DNA of 64,000 bases from Candidatus Omnitrophota bacterium (GTDB lineage Bacteria > Omnitrophota > Gorgyraeia > B26-G9): the NCBI GenBank assembly GCA_043814605.1, contig JBDRJV010000007.1, positions 195,354 to 259,353 of the forward strand, given 5' to 3'. The position numbers were made by a program, and so were the translations under genes. This document shows, piece by piece, positions 47,593-58,346 of the stretch. Each line of letters starts with the position of its first letter. Position 1 is the first letter of the stretch. The notes under the pieces are model-generated. The model searched no databases. It was not told where the DNA came from and saw nothing but the letters and a program-made list of their open reading frames with translations.

Positions 47593-50307
47593 ATGAGGTA
47601 TAAATTAATATCTATTTTTCTGGGATTAATTCTGCTGACTATAGTTACGGATGTATTTGAAGCAAGAGTATTGGCAGCAAATTATTCCTTAGCCAGAAAA
47701 TATCGGGAAAATTTATCTACCACAGATACCGTAAATGAATTTAATATTTCAGTTTCGGCAAAACCAATAACTCTTTCCTCAAATCCTGCTTTAAAAAACT
47801 TCACACTTGAAAATGGCTTATCTGTATTGATTAAAGAGGATCATAATCATGAACTTGTAGCAATTGAGGTACTAGTAAAAACAGGCAGCTTATATGAGGG
47901 ACAGTGGCTGGGATCAGGCCTGGCCCATTTAGTTGAACACATGGTATTTAAAGGGACGAAAACCCAGCCAACCGGTTCAATTGAAGATCAAATTAAAAAT
48001 TTAGGAGGATCGATTAATGGTTACACCTCCTATGAATTTACCGGGTATAACTTGATTCTTCCGGCTAAGAATTTTACTGCAGGATTAGAAATAATTGCGG
48101 ATATGCTGCAAAACCCTTTATTTGATATAGATGAATTGGCCAAGGAAAAAGATGTTATTCTTAATGAAATCAGCATGCATAACGATGACCCGGATCATTA
48201 TTTACAAAGAAAATTTTTCGAGCAGGCTTATGCTATCGAACCTTATAATTTGCCGATAATTGGCAACGAAAAATTACTTATCCAACTAAAACAGCAAGAT
48301 GTTATTGAATTTTATAAAAAATGGTATATACCGAATAACATTATTTTAGCTATCGCCGGAGATATAAAAGCAATTGAAGCCGAAAAGACCGTGCAGAGTT
48401 TTTTTAATGGCTTTAAAATGCAAAATTATCCGGATAAACATATCCCGAAAATACCCGCTTTTACCTCCGGCAGAACTTACGAGGAAGAAATAGCTATAAA
48501 TTCAAGTTATTTAATGCTGGGTTTTGAAAGCGTCGAATTAACCCATGCTGATGCTGTATGTTTAGACGTACTTTCCGTGATTTTAGCGCAGGGCAAAGAT
48601 TCATTACTTTATAAACATTTAGTACAAGAAAAAAACCTTTTAGATTCACTTAGCGCCTATAATTTTACCCCTGGATTTCGAGGTGTTTTTGTAATTAAAG
48701 GTATCTTTGATTATAAAAATAGAGCGGCAATACTTGCCGCAATCTTTTCTGATATTGAAACCCTTAAAAAAAATAAAATTAATCGGAAAACTTTAGAAAA
48801 AGCAAAAAATTTATATTTAGCTGAATATATTTTTGATAAAGAGCCGATAGCTTATCAGGCAAAAACATTGGCGACTGATTTTGTGTACACAAAGGATCCT
48901 GGTTTTACTAAAAAATATATTGATTTGCTGCAAAAAGTTTGCGCTGATGATATCCAGCGATGCGCTCAACAATATTTAAAAAGCGAAAAATTAATCACGG
49001 TAATATTAAAACCTAAAAGTTCTGATTATAAAACCTCGACTGAAAAAAGGGTTTCGGATGAAAGAAACAACCAAGTAAAATTAATCAAACTTTCCCCTGG
49101 CATAAAAATTATTTTAAAACAGGATCATAACCTACCAATAATAAACTTTTATGCCTGTTTTGGCGGTGGGACAAGATTTGAAAATGAGAATAATAATGGA
49201 TTATTTTGCCTGTTAAGTAAACTGCTGCAGTCTGGGACAAAAAAACGCTCGGCAATAGAAATTGCCGAATTTTTCGAAAATATCGGGGCACAAATAAAAC
49301 CGTTTAATGGGTATAACAGCTTTGGGCTGGGGTTAAAAATAATGCACAAGGATTTAAAGGAAAGTTTGGAAACATTAACAGATTTAATTTTAAATTCAAA
49401 TTTTCCCGAAAAGCAATTAGATACAGAAAAACGCCTAATTTTAAAAGATCTAGAAAGGCAGCAGGATGATATTTTTCAAAATACGTTGAATATTTTAAAA
49501 CAAACATTGTTTAGTAACCTGCCTTATCGATTCAATACATTAGGCGCAAAAGAGTCTGTGGGGAAACTCGATCGAGCAATATTAGTTAAAAATGCACATG
49601 AATTTATATGTGCCGATAATCTGGTGTTGGCTGTTTTTGGCGATTTTGACGATGCTGATGAAAATTATATTATCCAATTACTGGAAAATAAATTAAAAAA
49701 AATGCCTTTTAAAAGCAAAAAAACAAAACTTGAATTCAGGGAGCAGAAATTAACCTCGCAAAAGATAGTTCAAAATAGGCAGGAAAAAGAACAAGCTGTT
49801 TTAATGCTCGGTTTTAAAGGAGTGAATGTTTATCACGAGGACCGTTATGTTTTAGAATGCATAAATGAATTATTGAGTAGCCCTGGATCGGCTTTATATA
49901 AAAGAATCCGAGAAGAATACGGTTTATCTTATACTTTGGGCGGGGCATCAATAAACGGACTGGACTCAGGCTATTTTTTTATTTATGTTGCCACGAAATC
50001 AGAATTTATTGATGAAATTAGAAAAATTATCGACGAGGAAATTACTAAAATAGTTCAGCAATCAATATCTGAGGAAAAACTGACGCAGGTCAAGAATTAT
50101 CTGATCGGAAATAAAATGGTTGATTTACAGACTAATCAAAATTTGGCATTTGTTTGCGCGTTAGATGAATTATACGGTTTAGGTTTTGAATATTATAAAA
50201 AATATGAATCAGCAATAATGTCGATAACGCCAGAGCAAATAATTCAGATTGCTCAAAAATATTTAAAATCAGAACAAAGTGTTCTGATTATCACAAAGGA
50301 TGAATAA
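47593..50307 (+). CDS. Tandem two-unit M16 family peptidase (N-terminal unit with HxxEH; second unit likely non-catalytic), membrane-anchored or secreted
   Basis: N-terminal hydrophobic segment MRYKLISIFLGLILLTIVTDVF. The first half carries GLAHLVEHMVFKGT (HxxEH). The second half is M16-like without the zinc motif. Start chosen at ATG 47593, just after the rpsU stop. Confidence 0.8.
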   Translation: MRYKLISIFLGLILLTIVTDVFEARVLAANYSLARKYRENLSTTDTVNEFNISVSAKPITLSSNPALKNFTLENGLSVLIKEDHNHELVAIEVLVKTGSLYEGQWLGSGLAHLVEHMVFKGTKTQPTGSIEDQIKNLGGSINGYTSYEFTGYNLILPAKNFTAGLEIIADMLQNPLFDIDELAKEKDVILNEISMHNDDPDHYLQRKFFEQAYAIEPYNLPIIGNEKLLIQLKQQDVIEFYKKWYIPNNIILAIAGDIKAIEAEKTVQSFFNGFKMQNYPDKHIPKIPAFTSGRTYEEEIAINSSYLMLGFESVELTHADAVCLDVLSVILAQGKDSLLYKHLVQEKNLLDSLSAYNFTPGFRGVFVIKGIFDYKNRAAILAAIFSDIETLKKNKINRKTLEKAKNLYLAEYIFDKEPIAYQAKTLATDFVYTKDPGFTKKYIDLLQKVCADDIQRCAQQYLKSEKLITVILKPKSSDYKTSTEKRVSDERNNQVKLIKLSPGIKIILKQDHNLPIINFYACFGGGTRFENENNNGLFCLLSKLLQSGTKKRSAIEIAEFFENIGAQIKPFNGYNSFGLGLKIMHKDLKESLETLTDLILNSNFPEKQLDTEKRLILKDLERQQDDIFQNTLNILKQTLFSNLPYRFNTLGAKESVGKLDRAILVKNAHEFICADNLVLAVFGDFDDADENYIIQLLENKLKKMPFKSKKTKLEFREQKLTSQKIVQNRQEKEQAVLMLGFKGVNVYHEDRYVLECINELLSSPGSALYKRIREEYGLSYTLGGASINGLDSGYFFIYVATKSEFIDEIRKIIDEEITKIVQQSISEEKLTQVKNYLIGNKMVDLQTNQNLAFVCALDELYGLGFEYYKKYESAIMSITPEQIIQIAQKYLKSEQSVLIITKDE

Positions 50308-50310
50308 AAG

Positions 50311-51231
50311 ATGTTAAGCTTATCTACAGCCTGGAATGCAATTTTGCATGATCAGGCGCAAAATATTTTAAAAGATATAAAGGCTATGGGAATTTTTAAT
50401 GTGGAATTGGGGTTTAATTTATCCCGAGAAATGATTGAGGTTATAAAAGAATTTAAGAAAAAAAATTTGATTAATATTTCCAGTGTCCATAATTTCTGTC
50501 CTGTTCCGGACGGTTATGTTCGTAATGAATTTGGACCAGATTATTTTTCTCTCGCTTCTCCCGATGAAAAAGAAAGAAGCCTGGCAATTGAGCTGACCAA
50601 ACAAACTATTATTACGGCAAAAGAAATTCAAGCTAACGCTGTAATTATCCATGCCGGACGTGTACAAATGCAGCAAAAAACAAAGCAGTTAATTCATTTG
50701 TATGAGCAGGGGAAGAAAAATACCCCGGAATATAAAGAGTTTCTAAAGCAAATGCAGCTTGAACGTGATGCAAAGAAAAAAGTATATTTAGAGTCAGCCC
50801 TCTTAAGCCTGGAGGAATTAATTTCTTTTGCTAAAACTTTCCAGATCAATGTTTGCGTGGAAAACAGATATTATTTCCGGGAAATACCTTGTTTTGAGGA
50901 ACTAAAACTAATTTTTGAGCATTTTGGCAATTGTGATAATTTGTTCTATTGGCATGATGTCGGACACGCTCAAGTCAATGAAAATTTAGGATTTGCTAAT
51001 CATCTGGACTTTCTTAACACTTATAGTAATAGGCTCTTAGGTATACATTTACATGATGTTATTGGAGCTCAGGACCATAAAGTTCCGGGAACAGGCAACT
51101 TTGAATTTAATCGCTTGCAACCCTATTTAAAAAAGCATACAATAAGAGTACTAGAAGTTCATCAGCCTGCAACGCAATCAGAGGTTTTAACCGGCATTTC
51201 CTTTCTAAAAAAAATGGGAATATGTGATTAA
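50311..51231 (+). CDS. Sugar phosphate isomerase/epimerase (xylose-isomerase-like TIM barrel)
   Basis: 306 aa; AP-endonuclease-2/XylA-like TIM-barrel features (…NVCVENRYYF…WHDVGHAQV…GIHLHD…). Confidence 0.65.
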   Translation: MLSLSTAWNAILHDQAQNILKDIKAMGIFNVELGFNLSREMIEVIKEFKKKNLINISSVHNFCPVPDGYVRNEFGPDYFSLASPDEKERSLAIELTKQTIITAKEIQANAVIIHAGRVQMQQKTKQLIHLYEQGKKNTPEYKEFLKQMQLERDAKKKVYLESALLSLEELISFAKTFQINVCVENRYYFREIPCFEELKLIFEHFGNCDNLFYWHDVGHAQVNENLGFANHLDFLNTYSNRLLGIHLHDVIGAQDHKVPGTGNFEFNRLQPYLKKHTIRVLEVHQPATQSEVLTGISFLKKMGICD

Positions 51232-51257
51232 GTTACCGCCAACTTTCGGTGTAAAAA

Positions 51258-52067
51258 ATGAATAGGAAACCAGTTTGGGCTGGCCCATACAAGTTTTATC
51301 CGAGTGATCCGAATCAGTTACATCAATATTTAGAACAAGTAATTGATGTAGACAAAACAAGGATTACGGCAAAAGCTGTTGTCTTGCCGCACGCGGGATA
51401 TGTTTACTCCGGTTTAGTTGCCGGGAAAACTATTTCCGGTATTAATATTCCAGATACAATGATTGTCCTTGGCCCTAATCATACAGGATTAGGACAACCT
51501 TATAGCTTGATCAAAAGCGGCAAATGGATAACACCATTAGGCCCCCTAACAATAAATGAAACATTGGCTATTTTGTTATTAGATGATTGTAAAATCATCA
51601 CTGAAGATTTTAGGGCGCATGAACAGGAACATTCTATTGAAGTTATTTTACCTTTTTTACAGTTTTTAAATAAAAATACAAGTATTGTGCCCATGGTAAT
51701 TTCAGATTGTGATATTAATAATTTTGAACTTGTGGGGATGAAAATTGCTGAAGTAATTAAAACATACAATCAGCCGGTATTAATCGTGGCTAGTTCAGAT
51801 ATGACTCATTTTGAATCACAAAAAAAGGCAGAGCAAAAAGATAGCTTCGTCATCGATTCAATCCTAAAACTTAATCCTCAAGAAATGATGGTACGCATTA
51901 AGCAGCAGAATGTAACGATGTGCGGTTTTGCTCCTGTTGCCATGAGTCTTTTTGCCGCGATTAATTTAGGGGCTAAAAAATCGGAATTAATTGAGTATCG
52001 GACAAGTGCCGAAGCAAGCGGAGATTATTCTAATGTTGTTGGCTATGCGGGAATCGTGATTAGTTGA
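51258..52067 (+). CDS. MEMO1-family protein (AmmeMemoRadiSam system protein B)
   Basis: 269 aa; …KAVVLPHAGYVYSGLVAGKT…VLGPNHTG…MTHFES… is typical of the Memo/dioxygenase-like family. Confidence 0.8.
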   Translation: MNRKPVWAGPYKFYPSDPNQLHQYLEQVIDVDKTRITAKAVVLPHAGYVYSGLVAGKTISGINIPDTMIVLGPNHTGLGQPYSLIKSGKWITPLGPLTINETLAILLLDDCKIITEDFRAHEQEHSIEVILPFLQFLNKNTSIVPMVISDCDINNFELVGMKIAEVIKTYNQPVLIVASSDMTHFESQKKAEQKDSFVIDSILKLNPQEMMVRIKQQNVTMCGFAPVAMSLFAAINLGAKKSELIEYRTSAEASGDYSNVVGYAGIVIS

Positions 52068-52095
52068 TTACCTTTTATAAAAAAATGGGAGGCAG

Positions 52096-52488
52096 ATGAT
52101 AATGGAAGGAAAAAGAGTTGATGAGAGCTGGAAAGAAAAAATTCAAAAAGAAAAAGAGTCAAACGTAAATGGATTAAAACAAGATGATCAGACTCCTCCG
52201 ACACAATCAAAACCAGAAACAATGGATGAAAATAATGATCATATGCCCGAGGTTAGTTTTAATGTTTTTATTACTAGTTTAGGAATGCAGGCATTAATGT
52301 TTCTCGGAGAAATAGAAAATCCAATGACCAATAAAAAAGAAGTTGATATCCATCAGGCCAAATATCTGATCGACACCCTGGGGATGCTGGAGGAAAAAAC
52401 TGAAGGAAATTTAGATGAACAGGAAAAACAAGTAATTACCCAATTACTCTATGAGTTAAGATTAAAATTTGTGGAAAAATCAAAATAA
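52096..52488 (+). CDS. DUF1844 domain protein
   Basis: 130 aa, acidic, with the DUF1844-like core FNVFITSLGMQALMFLGEIENPMTNKKEVDIHQAKYLIDTLGMLEEKTEGNL. Confidence 0.5.
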   Translation: MIMEGKRVDESWKEKIQKEKESNVNGLKQDDQTPPTQSKPETMDENNDHMPEVSFNVFITSLGMQALMFLGEIENPMTNKKEVDIHQAKYLIDTLGMLEEKTEGNLDEQEKQVITQLLYELRLKFVEKSK

Positions 52489-52563
52489 TCCATTGAAAAA
52501 TGTGCAACTTGACATTATAATAAAGCAAATATATTAATTTAACAGAAAATAGGGAGGAATAAA

Positions 52564-53607
52564 ATGCAAAAAAAGAGTTCAAAAAGCGTAACGGAAACTA
52601 AAACTCCGCAGGAACCAAATCAAAAACTAAAAGCACTTGATTTAGCGCTTAGCCAAATTGAGAAGCAATTTGGTAAGGGTTCAATCATGAAATTAGGGCA
52701 AGACACAAAATTAAATATTGAAGCAATCCCTACCGGAGCTTTGTCTTTAGATATTGCTTTAGGAGTTGGCGGGTTTCCCCGCGGCCGGATAGTTGAGATT
52801 TATGGTCCGGAAGCTAGTGGAAAAACTACTTTAAGCTTAAGTGCTGCTGTTGTTGCACAGAACAGGGGAGGAGTTGCGGCATTTATCGATGCCGAACATG
52901 CTTTTGACCCTACTTATGCAAAAAAGTTAGGATTAAATTTAGATAATTTATTGATTTCCCAGCCGGATAATGGGGAACAAGCATTAGAAATTGCCGAAAC
53001 ATTAGTGCGTTCTAATGCTGTGGATTTAATCATTATTGATTCTGTAGCGGCATTAACGCCTAAGGCGGAAATTGACGGGGATATAGGAGATTCGCATATG
53101 GGTTTGCATGCCCGTTTAATGTCGCAGGCATTAAGAAAATTAACCGGGGCTATATCAAAATCTAAAACCTGCGTAATTTTTATTAATCAAATTAGGATGA
53201 AAATTGGTGTTATGTTCGGTAATCCGGAAACAACTACAGGAGGACGTGCTTTAAAATTCTATTCTTCGGTAAGATTGGATATTCGAAAAATAGAATCGCT
53301 TAAATTACAGGAAGAAGTAGTCGGCTCCAGAGTTCGGGTTAAAGTTGTAAAAAACAAAGTTGCCGCGCCTTTTCGGCAAGCTGAATTTGATATTATGCAT
53401 TCAGAAGGAATTTCTAAAGAATCAAGTTTAATTGAAATGGGCATTCTTTACGGCTTTGTATTAAAAACTGGGGCCTGGTTTACTTATGGCAATGAAAAAT
53501 TAGGGCAGGGCAAAGAGAATTCTAAAAATTTTCTTAAAACCAATAAAAAAATTGCCCAAGAATTGGAAAAAAGAATTAAACAAGAGTCAAAAATTGTAGA
53601 GAATTAA
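52564..53607 (+). CDS. recA: Recombinase RecA
   Basis: 347 aa; [20 protein letters not shown], Walker [10 protein letters not shown], and the [23 protein letters not shown] loop. Confidence 0.97.
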   Translation: MQKKSSKSVTETKTPQEPNQKLKALDLALSQIEKQFGKGSIMKLGQDTKLNIEAIPTGALSLDIALGVGGFPRGRIVEIYGPEASGKTTLSLSAAVVAQNRGGVAAFIDAEHAFDPTYAKKLGLNLDNLLISQPDNGEQALEIAETLVRSNAVDLIIIDSVAALTPKAEIDGDIGDSHMGLHARLMSQALRKLTGAISKSKTCVIFINQIRMKIGVMFGNPETTTGGRALKFYSSVRLDIRKIESLKLQEEVVGSRVRVKVVKNKVAAPFRQAEFDIMHSEGISKESSLIEMGILYGFVLKTGAWFTYGNEKLGQGKENSKNFLKTNKKIAQELEKRIKQESKIVEN

Positions 53608-53621
53608 GCGAAAAATTAATT

Positions 53622-55148
53622 ATGAGTTTACTTAATGTGCAAATAAAAAGCAGGCTGAGTTATCTTTGTTTTCTTTTTATATTTTTATTGCTTTTCGTAA
53701 ATATTCTTTTTGCGGAAAACCAGAGTGAAGTTATCACTGGGAAATTACTGAAACAAAAAGAACAGGAAATTACGCAGATAATCGAAAAATCCAGCGCTGC
53801 AATTGTCAGCATCAGCACGGAAAAAATATTAAAATCTCAAAGCTACAGCCGTAAACCAGAAGATGAGCTTTTCGATAATTTTTTTCGTGACTTTTTTTAC
53901 GGAGATATTTCTAACCGGAAAATAGAACAGATTGCACTCGGCAGCGGAGTTATTGTTGATCACCAGGGGCATATTTTGACTAATGAATTTATAGTTGCGG
54001 ATGCCCAACAGATAACGGTAACGCTTTTTGACAGCCGTAAGTTTACAGCAAAATTAAAAAATGTTTCCCTGCGTGAAAACCTGGCGGTTATAAAAATTGA
54101 AGCACCAGATTTAATGCCGCTAATTTTAAGTGATTCCGATGACTTAAAACCAGGACAAACTGTAATTGCTATGGGGAATCCTTTTGGTTTTTCCCAAGAT
54201 GGGGCAGCCCCGATTGCCAGTGTCGGCGTAATTGCAGCTTTGCATAGATCATTGCCGCATACTGCATTGCGCTGGAGGTCTTATTTAGATTTAATCCAAA
54301 CCGATGCGGTAATTAATCCGGGGAATTCCGGGGGGGCATTATTAAATTTAGAGGGTGAGATTGTGGGAATTAATGTCGCGGTAGGCCGGAGTGATTCTAG
54401 CTTTGGGTTTGCAATCCCGATTAACCGCGGTAAGGAAATTTTACGTAAACTAAAGCAAGGAAATGAAATTCTAAAAGAACGTTTAGGGATAAAAATACAA
54501 GATTTAAATTTTGCCCTCGCTGAGTATTTTAATTTAAAACGCCCGGAAGGAGCTCTGGTACTAGAAGTTTATCTGGGAAGTAGTGCAGAAGCTGCGAATT
54601 TAAAAGCGGATGATATTATTATTAAATTTAATGACATTAAAATAAGAAACTCTTTACATTTTTTTACTGAAATAAATAAATGGCAATCCCCGAAAAAAGT
54701 AAAAATTAAAATTATGCGTAAGGGGCTAGCGCACACTTTCACCTTAAGTTTGCAAAATACTGCTGGGCAAAAAAATTTGCAGCTGGAAGATATTAGTGAA
54801 ACAGTTGAAATTAAACAAAAAGAGATTTATGAAGAGCAGTTAAAAAGTAAAGAAGCCGTAACTAATCCTTTGAAAATTCAAAGTAATCGTTTTAGAGGCT
54901 TAAAGGTTTCTGCAATTACAGAAGAATTTGCTAAAAATTTTGATATTGAAAGTACACAAGGGGTTATTGTAACTGACGTAAGTAGCGGCAGTGCGGGAGC
55001 TCAAGCGGGGATTAAAGTCAAGGATATAATCATTCAGATTAATACAACGCAAATAAAATCCCTGCAGGATTATGAGCAAATTTTACCAGAGCTTTCCGGA
55101 AACGTTTTAATTAAAACCGATAGAGGCTATTTAATTATCGAAGAATAA
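53622..55148 (+). CDS. Periplasmic serine endoprotease DegP/HtrA family (trypsin-like domain plus 2 PDZ)
   Basis: Signal peptide; catalytic His (GHILTNEFIV), Asp (LAVIKIE) and Ser (GNSGGALLNLEG); PDZ-like regions (…GALVLEVYLGSSAEAANLKADDIII…, …GVIVTDVSSGSAGAQAGIKVKDIII…). Confidence 0.8.
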   Translation: MSLLNVQIKSRLSYLCFLFIFLLLFVNILFAENQSEVITGKLLKQKEQEITQIIEKSSAAIVSISTEKILKSQSYSRKPEDELFDNFFRDFFYGDISNRKIEQIALGSGVIVDHQGHILTNEFIVADAQQITVTLFDSRKFTAKLKNVSLRENLAVIKIEAPDLMPLILSDSDDLKPGQTVIAMGNPFGFSQDGAAPIASVGVIAALHRSLPHTALRWRSYLDLIQTDAVINPGNSGGALLNLEGEIVGINVAVGRSDSSFGFAIPINRGKEILRKLKQGNEILKERLGIKIQDLNFALAEYFNLKRPEGALVLEVYLGSSAEAANLKADDIIIKFNDIKIRNSLHFFTEINKWQSPKKVKIKIMRKGLAHTFTLSLQNTAGQKNLQLEDISETVEIKQKEIYEEQLKSKEAVTNPLKIQSNRFRGLKVSAITEEFAKNFDIESTQGVIVTDVSSGSAGAQAGIKVKDIIIQINTTQIKSLQDYEQILPELSGNVLIKTDRGYLIIEE

Positions 55149-55207
55149 AACCTATAAAATTACTTAAACATCGGTGAATGTAACAAAACTATAATGAAAA
55201 TTATAAT

Positions 55208-55678
55208 ATGGATCAGCTACTCGATCAGGCGAAAAAAAGTGCTTTTAGATTATTGAAATTCAGACTGCGGAGTGGACTTGAAATCAATCAACATTTAAAA
55301 AAAAAAGGTTTTACAAAACAGATCATCAATAAAACACTCACCTTTCTGCAGGAGCTTGGGTATATTGACGATTTAAAATTTGCAAAAGTTTGGGTAAATT
55401 ATCGACTAAAATTAAACCCTTGCAGTAAAAACCTGTTGCAGCACGAACTAAGGGAAAAAGGGATTGACCCCAACTTTATTAAAGAAGCACTTTTAGTAAT
55501 TAACGCTGATGCTGAATTTGACATTGCCCGGGAAATAGCGAAAAAAAGATTAAGGCAAATTAAGGGCCTGCCGGTCGAGGTAATAGCACGGCGGTTAGCG
55601 GGATATTTAGCCCGCCGGGGATATACGCAATCTTTAATTGTGGATTTAGTTAAGGAATTAATCAATGATGAAAAGTGA
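55208..55678 (+). CDS. recX: Recombination regulator RecX
   Basis: 156 aa three-repeat helical protein immediately downstream of recA, in the conserved position. Confidence 0.8.
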   Translation: MDQLLDQAKKSAFRLLKFRLRSGLEINQHLKKKGFTKQIINKTLTFLQELGYIDDLKFAKVWVNYRLKLNPCSKNLLQHELREKGIDPNFIKEALLVINADAEFDIAREIAKKRLRQIKGLPVEVIARRLAGYLARRGYTQSLIVDLVKELINDEK

Positions 55679-58343
55679 AGAAATTAGGAGTAAATTTTTA
55701 GAATTTTTTAAACAAAAAGGGCATCAGATTGTTCCGAGTGACTCTTTAGTCCCGAAAAATGATCCTTCAGTATTATTTACTTCCGCAGGTATGAATCAAT
55801 TTAAAGAGCAGTTTATGGGCAAAATTACTGATTTTACGCGTGCGGCTAGCTGCCAAAAATGTTTACGCACTGCCGATCTGATTAATGTGGGGAAAAGTCC
55901 GTCACATCATACTTTTTTTGAAATGCTGGGTAATTTTTCTTTTGGGGATTATTTCAAACCCGAAGCTATTGCTTGGGCGTGGGAATTTGTAACGGAAGTT
56001 TTAAAATTACCTCGGGAAAAACTCTGGATTTCTGTGCATGAGCAGGATGAAACAACTTATAAAATTTGGGTAGAAAATATCAAAATTGATACAAATAAAA
56101 TAATAAAACTATCGGATATTGATAATTTTTGGCCGGCTAATGCACCAAAAAATGGACCAAATGGTCCTTGTGGCCCATGTTCGGAAATATTTTTTGATTG
56201 GGGGAGTGAATTCGGCTGTAAACGTGCGGATTGCAGCCCAGTTTGCGATTGTAAACGATTTACAGAAATTTGGAATTTAGTTTTCACCCAATATGACCGG
56301 CAATCTGACGGAAGTTTACAGCCCTTACCCAGTAAAAATATTGATACAGGTATGGGATTAGAAAGAATTACCGCAGTGATGCAACGAGTACGGAATAATT
56401 ATGAAACAGATTTGTTCGTGCCTATTTTAAATTGTTTATTTGAACTTTTAAACAAAGAAAATTTAAGCCTGAATAAAAACTGGCGGGAAGTTCAAGCAAA
56501 AGCAATTGTTGATCATCTGCGTGCGGCAACTTTTGCCATTGCCGATGGGATAATCCCTTCGAATGAAGCACGGGGTTATGTCATCCGGAAGCTGATTAGA
56601 CGGTCAATTGTTAACTTGAAAAAGATAGGCGTTAAAGAGCCTTTGTGTTTTAAGCTTGTTTTCAGTATTGGGCAAGTTATGGGAAATACTTATCCGGAAG
56701 TTAAAAACCGGCACGCAACCATTGCCGGAATTATAAAAAAAGAAGAAGAAATGTTTTGGTCTGTACTTAATGAGCGTTCGGAGCAAGTAGAGCAGGAAGC
56801 GAAAATTTTATCCGAAAAGACTAAAACGATGACTAGAGTTATTGCGGATGTGACAACGGCTAATGCTGTTTTCACTCAGTTTGATACTTACGGGGTACCA
56901 ATTGAGATATCCAAAGAGATTTATGCCAAGCATGGATTGATTGTCTCGGATGAACTTATTGAGAAAGAGATCGACAAACAGCGCGAAAGATCACGCAGTA
57001 GCTCTCAAATTTCTAATGAAATTTTTGTTAAGGGTATTGCCCATCAATTGGTAGGCATAAAAAGTGAATTTCTCGGATATGAAACTTTGGAAACAGAAGG
57101 AACTGTTTTGGCAATTATTAAAAATAATAGCGTTGTGGATGAAGCAAAAGCCCCGGAGCAGGCTGATGTTGTATTAGATAAAACCACATGTTATCCTGAA
57201 TCGGGAGGCCAGGCAGGTGATCAAGGTATTTTACAAACTGCAGATGGCTTTAAAGCAGAAATAATTAATACAATTAAAATTGATAATGCAATCGTGCATA
57301 AATTAAAAATTGAGACTGGATCTCTAAAAAAGAAAAATAAACTTGCGGTTAGGGTAACATCGCAGGCACGTATTGCGACTGCACGCAATCATACGGCAAC
57401 TCATTTGTTGCAGTATGTATTGCGTAAAGTATTAGGGGAAACAGTTGAACAATCCGGCTCAGATGTTAGTCCAGAACGTTTGCGCTTTGATTTTACGTAT
57501 TTTAAGGCTTTAAAAAAAGAAACATTGCGTGAAATAGAGACAACTGTTAATCATTTAATTTGGGAAAATATTGCAGTTTCTACAAAAATTATGGATATTG
57601 AGGAAGCCAAAAAAACCCCGGCATTAGCATTTTTTGGAGAGAAATATGCACAAGTTGTACGAGTTGTGTGTGTGGGGGATTATTCTCAGGAATTTTGCGG
57701 CGGTACGCATGTTAAAAATACCGGGCAAATAGGTCTTTTTAAAATAGTTTCTGAAGCCTCTGTAGCGCAGGGGATACGCCGTATTGAAGCGATTACTAAC
57801 GAAAGTGCCGTAAATTTAATTTATGGACAGGAAGAACTTATTGAAAATTTATGTCAGAAACTTAAGACAAAACCGGAAATATTAGTTGCCTCTATTGATA
57901 AAGTTCTGGAACAATCCAAGCAGATGGAAAAAGATTTAAAAAAAATTAAAATGGGAAGCTTCGTTCAAGTAGCAGATGAATTAATAAAAAACACAAGAAT
58001 TATAAACAATATAAATGTATTGATGGCTAAATTGCAGGATTATGATTTGAATTCTTTACGGGGAATCAGTGATATTATTCGCAATAAAAAGGATCCTGTG
58101 GTTTTTGTCTTAACTTCTTTAACTTCTGAGAAAGCATTATTATTGGTGGGAATCAGTAAGAGTCTAGTTCAAAAGGGATTAGACTCTGTTAAGATTATTA
58201 AAGAATTAACCGACGAGATTGGCGTTAGCGGCGGCGGAAAAAAAGAGTTAGCCCAGGCAGGATGCAAAAATCCGAAAGATATGGAAAAAATATATAAACA
58301 GGCAAAATCAAAAGTTGAAAAAATAATCCAAACATTGAGGTAA
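55665..58343 (+). CDS. alaS: Alanine--tRNA ligase
   Basis: 892 aa; class II aaRS motifs (FTSAGMNQF, GNFSFGDYFK), editing-domain HTATHLL…CGGTH zinc site and C-terminal DHHA1-like region. Confidence 0.97.
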   Translation: MMKSEEIRSKFLEFFKQKGHQIVPSDSLVPKNDPSVLFTSAGMNQFKEQFMGKITDFTRAASCQKCLRTADLINVGKSPSHHTFFEMLGNFSFGDYFKPEAIAWAWEFVTEVLKLPREKLWISVHEQDETTYKIWVENIKIDTNKIIKLSDIDNFWPANAPKNGPNGPCGPCSEIFFDWGSEFGCKRADCSPVCDCKRFTEIWNLVFTQYDRQSDGSLQPLPSKNIDTGMGLERITAVMQRVRNNYETDLFVPILNCLFELLNKENLSLNKNWREVQAKAIVDHLRAATFAIADGIIPSNEARGYVIRKLIRRSIVNLKKIGVKEPLCFKLVFSIGQVMGNTYPEVKNRHATIAGIIKKEEEMFWSVLNERSEQVEQEAKILSEKTKTMTRVIADVTTANAVFTQFDTYGVPIEISKEIYAKHGLIVSDELIEKEIDKQRERSRSSSQISNEIFVKGIAHQLVGIKSEFLGYETLETEGTVLAIIKNNSVVDEAKAPEQADVVLDKTTCYPESGGQAGDQGILQTADGFKAEIINTIKIDNAIVHKLKIETGSLKKKNKLAVRVTSQARIATARNHTATHLLQYVLRKVLGETVEQSGSDVSPERLRFDFTYFKALKKETLREIETTVNHLIWENIAVSTKIMDIEEAKKTPALAFFGEKYAQVVRVVCVGDYSQEFCGGTHVKNTGQIGLFKIVSEASVAQGIRRIEAITNESAVNLIYGQEELIENLCQKLKTKPEILVASIDKVLEQSKQMEKDLKKIKMGSFVQVADELIKNTRIINNINVLMAKLQDYDLNSLRGISDIIRNKKDPVVFVLTSLTSEKALLLVGISKSLVQKGLDSVKIIKELTDEIGVSGGGKKELAQAGCKNPKDMEKIYKQAKSKVEKIIQTLR

Positions 58344-58346
58344 TTC

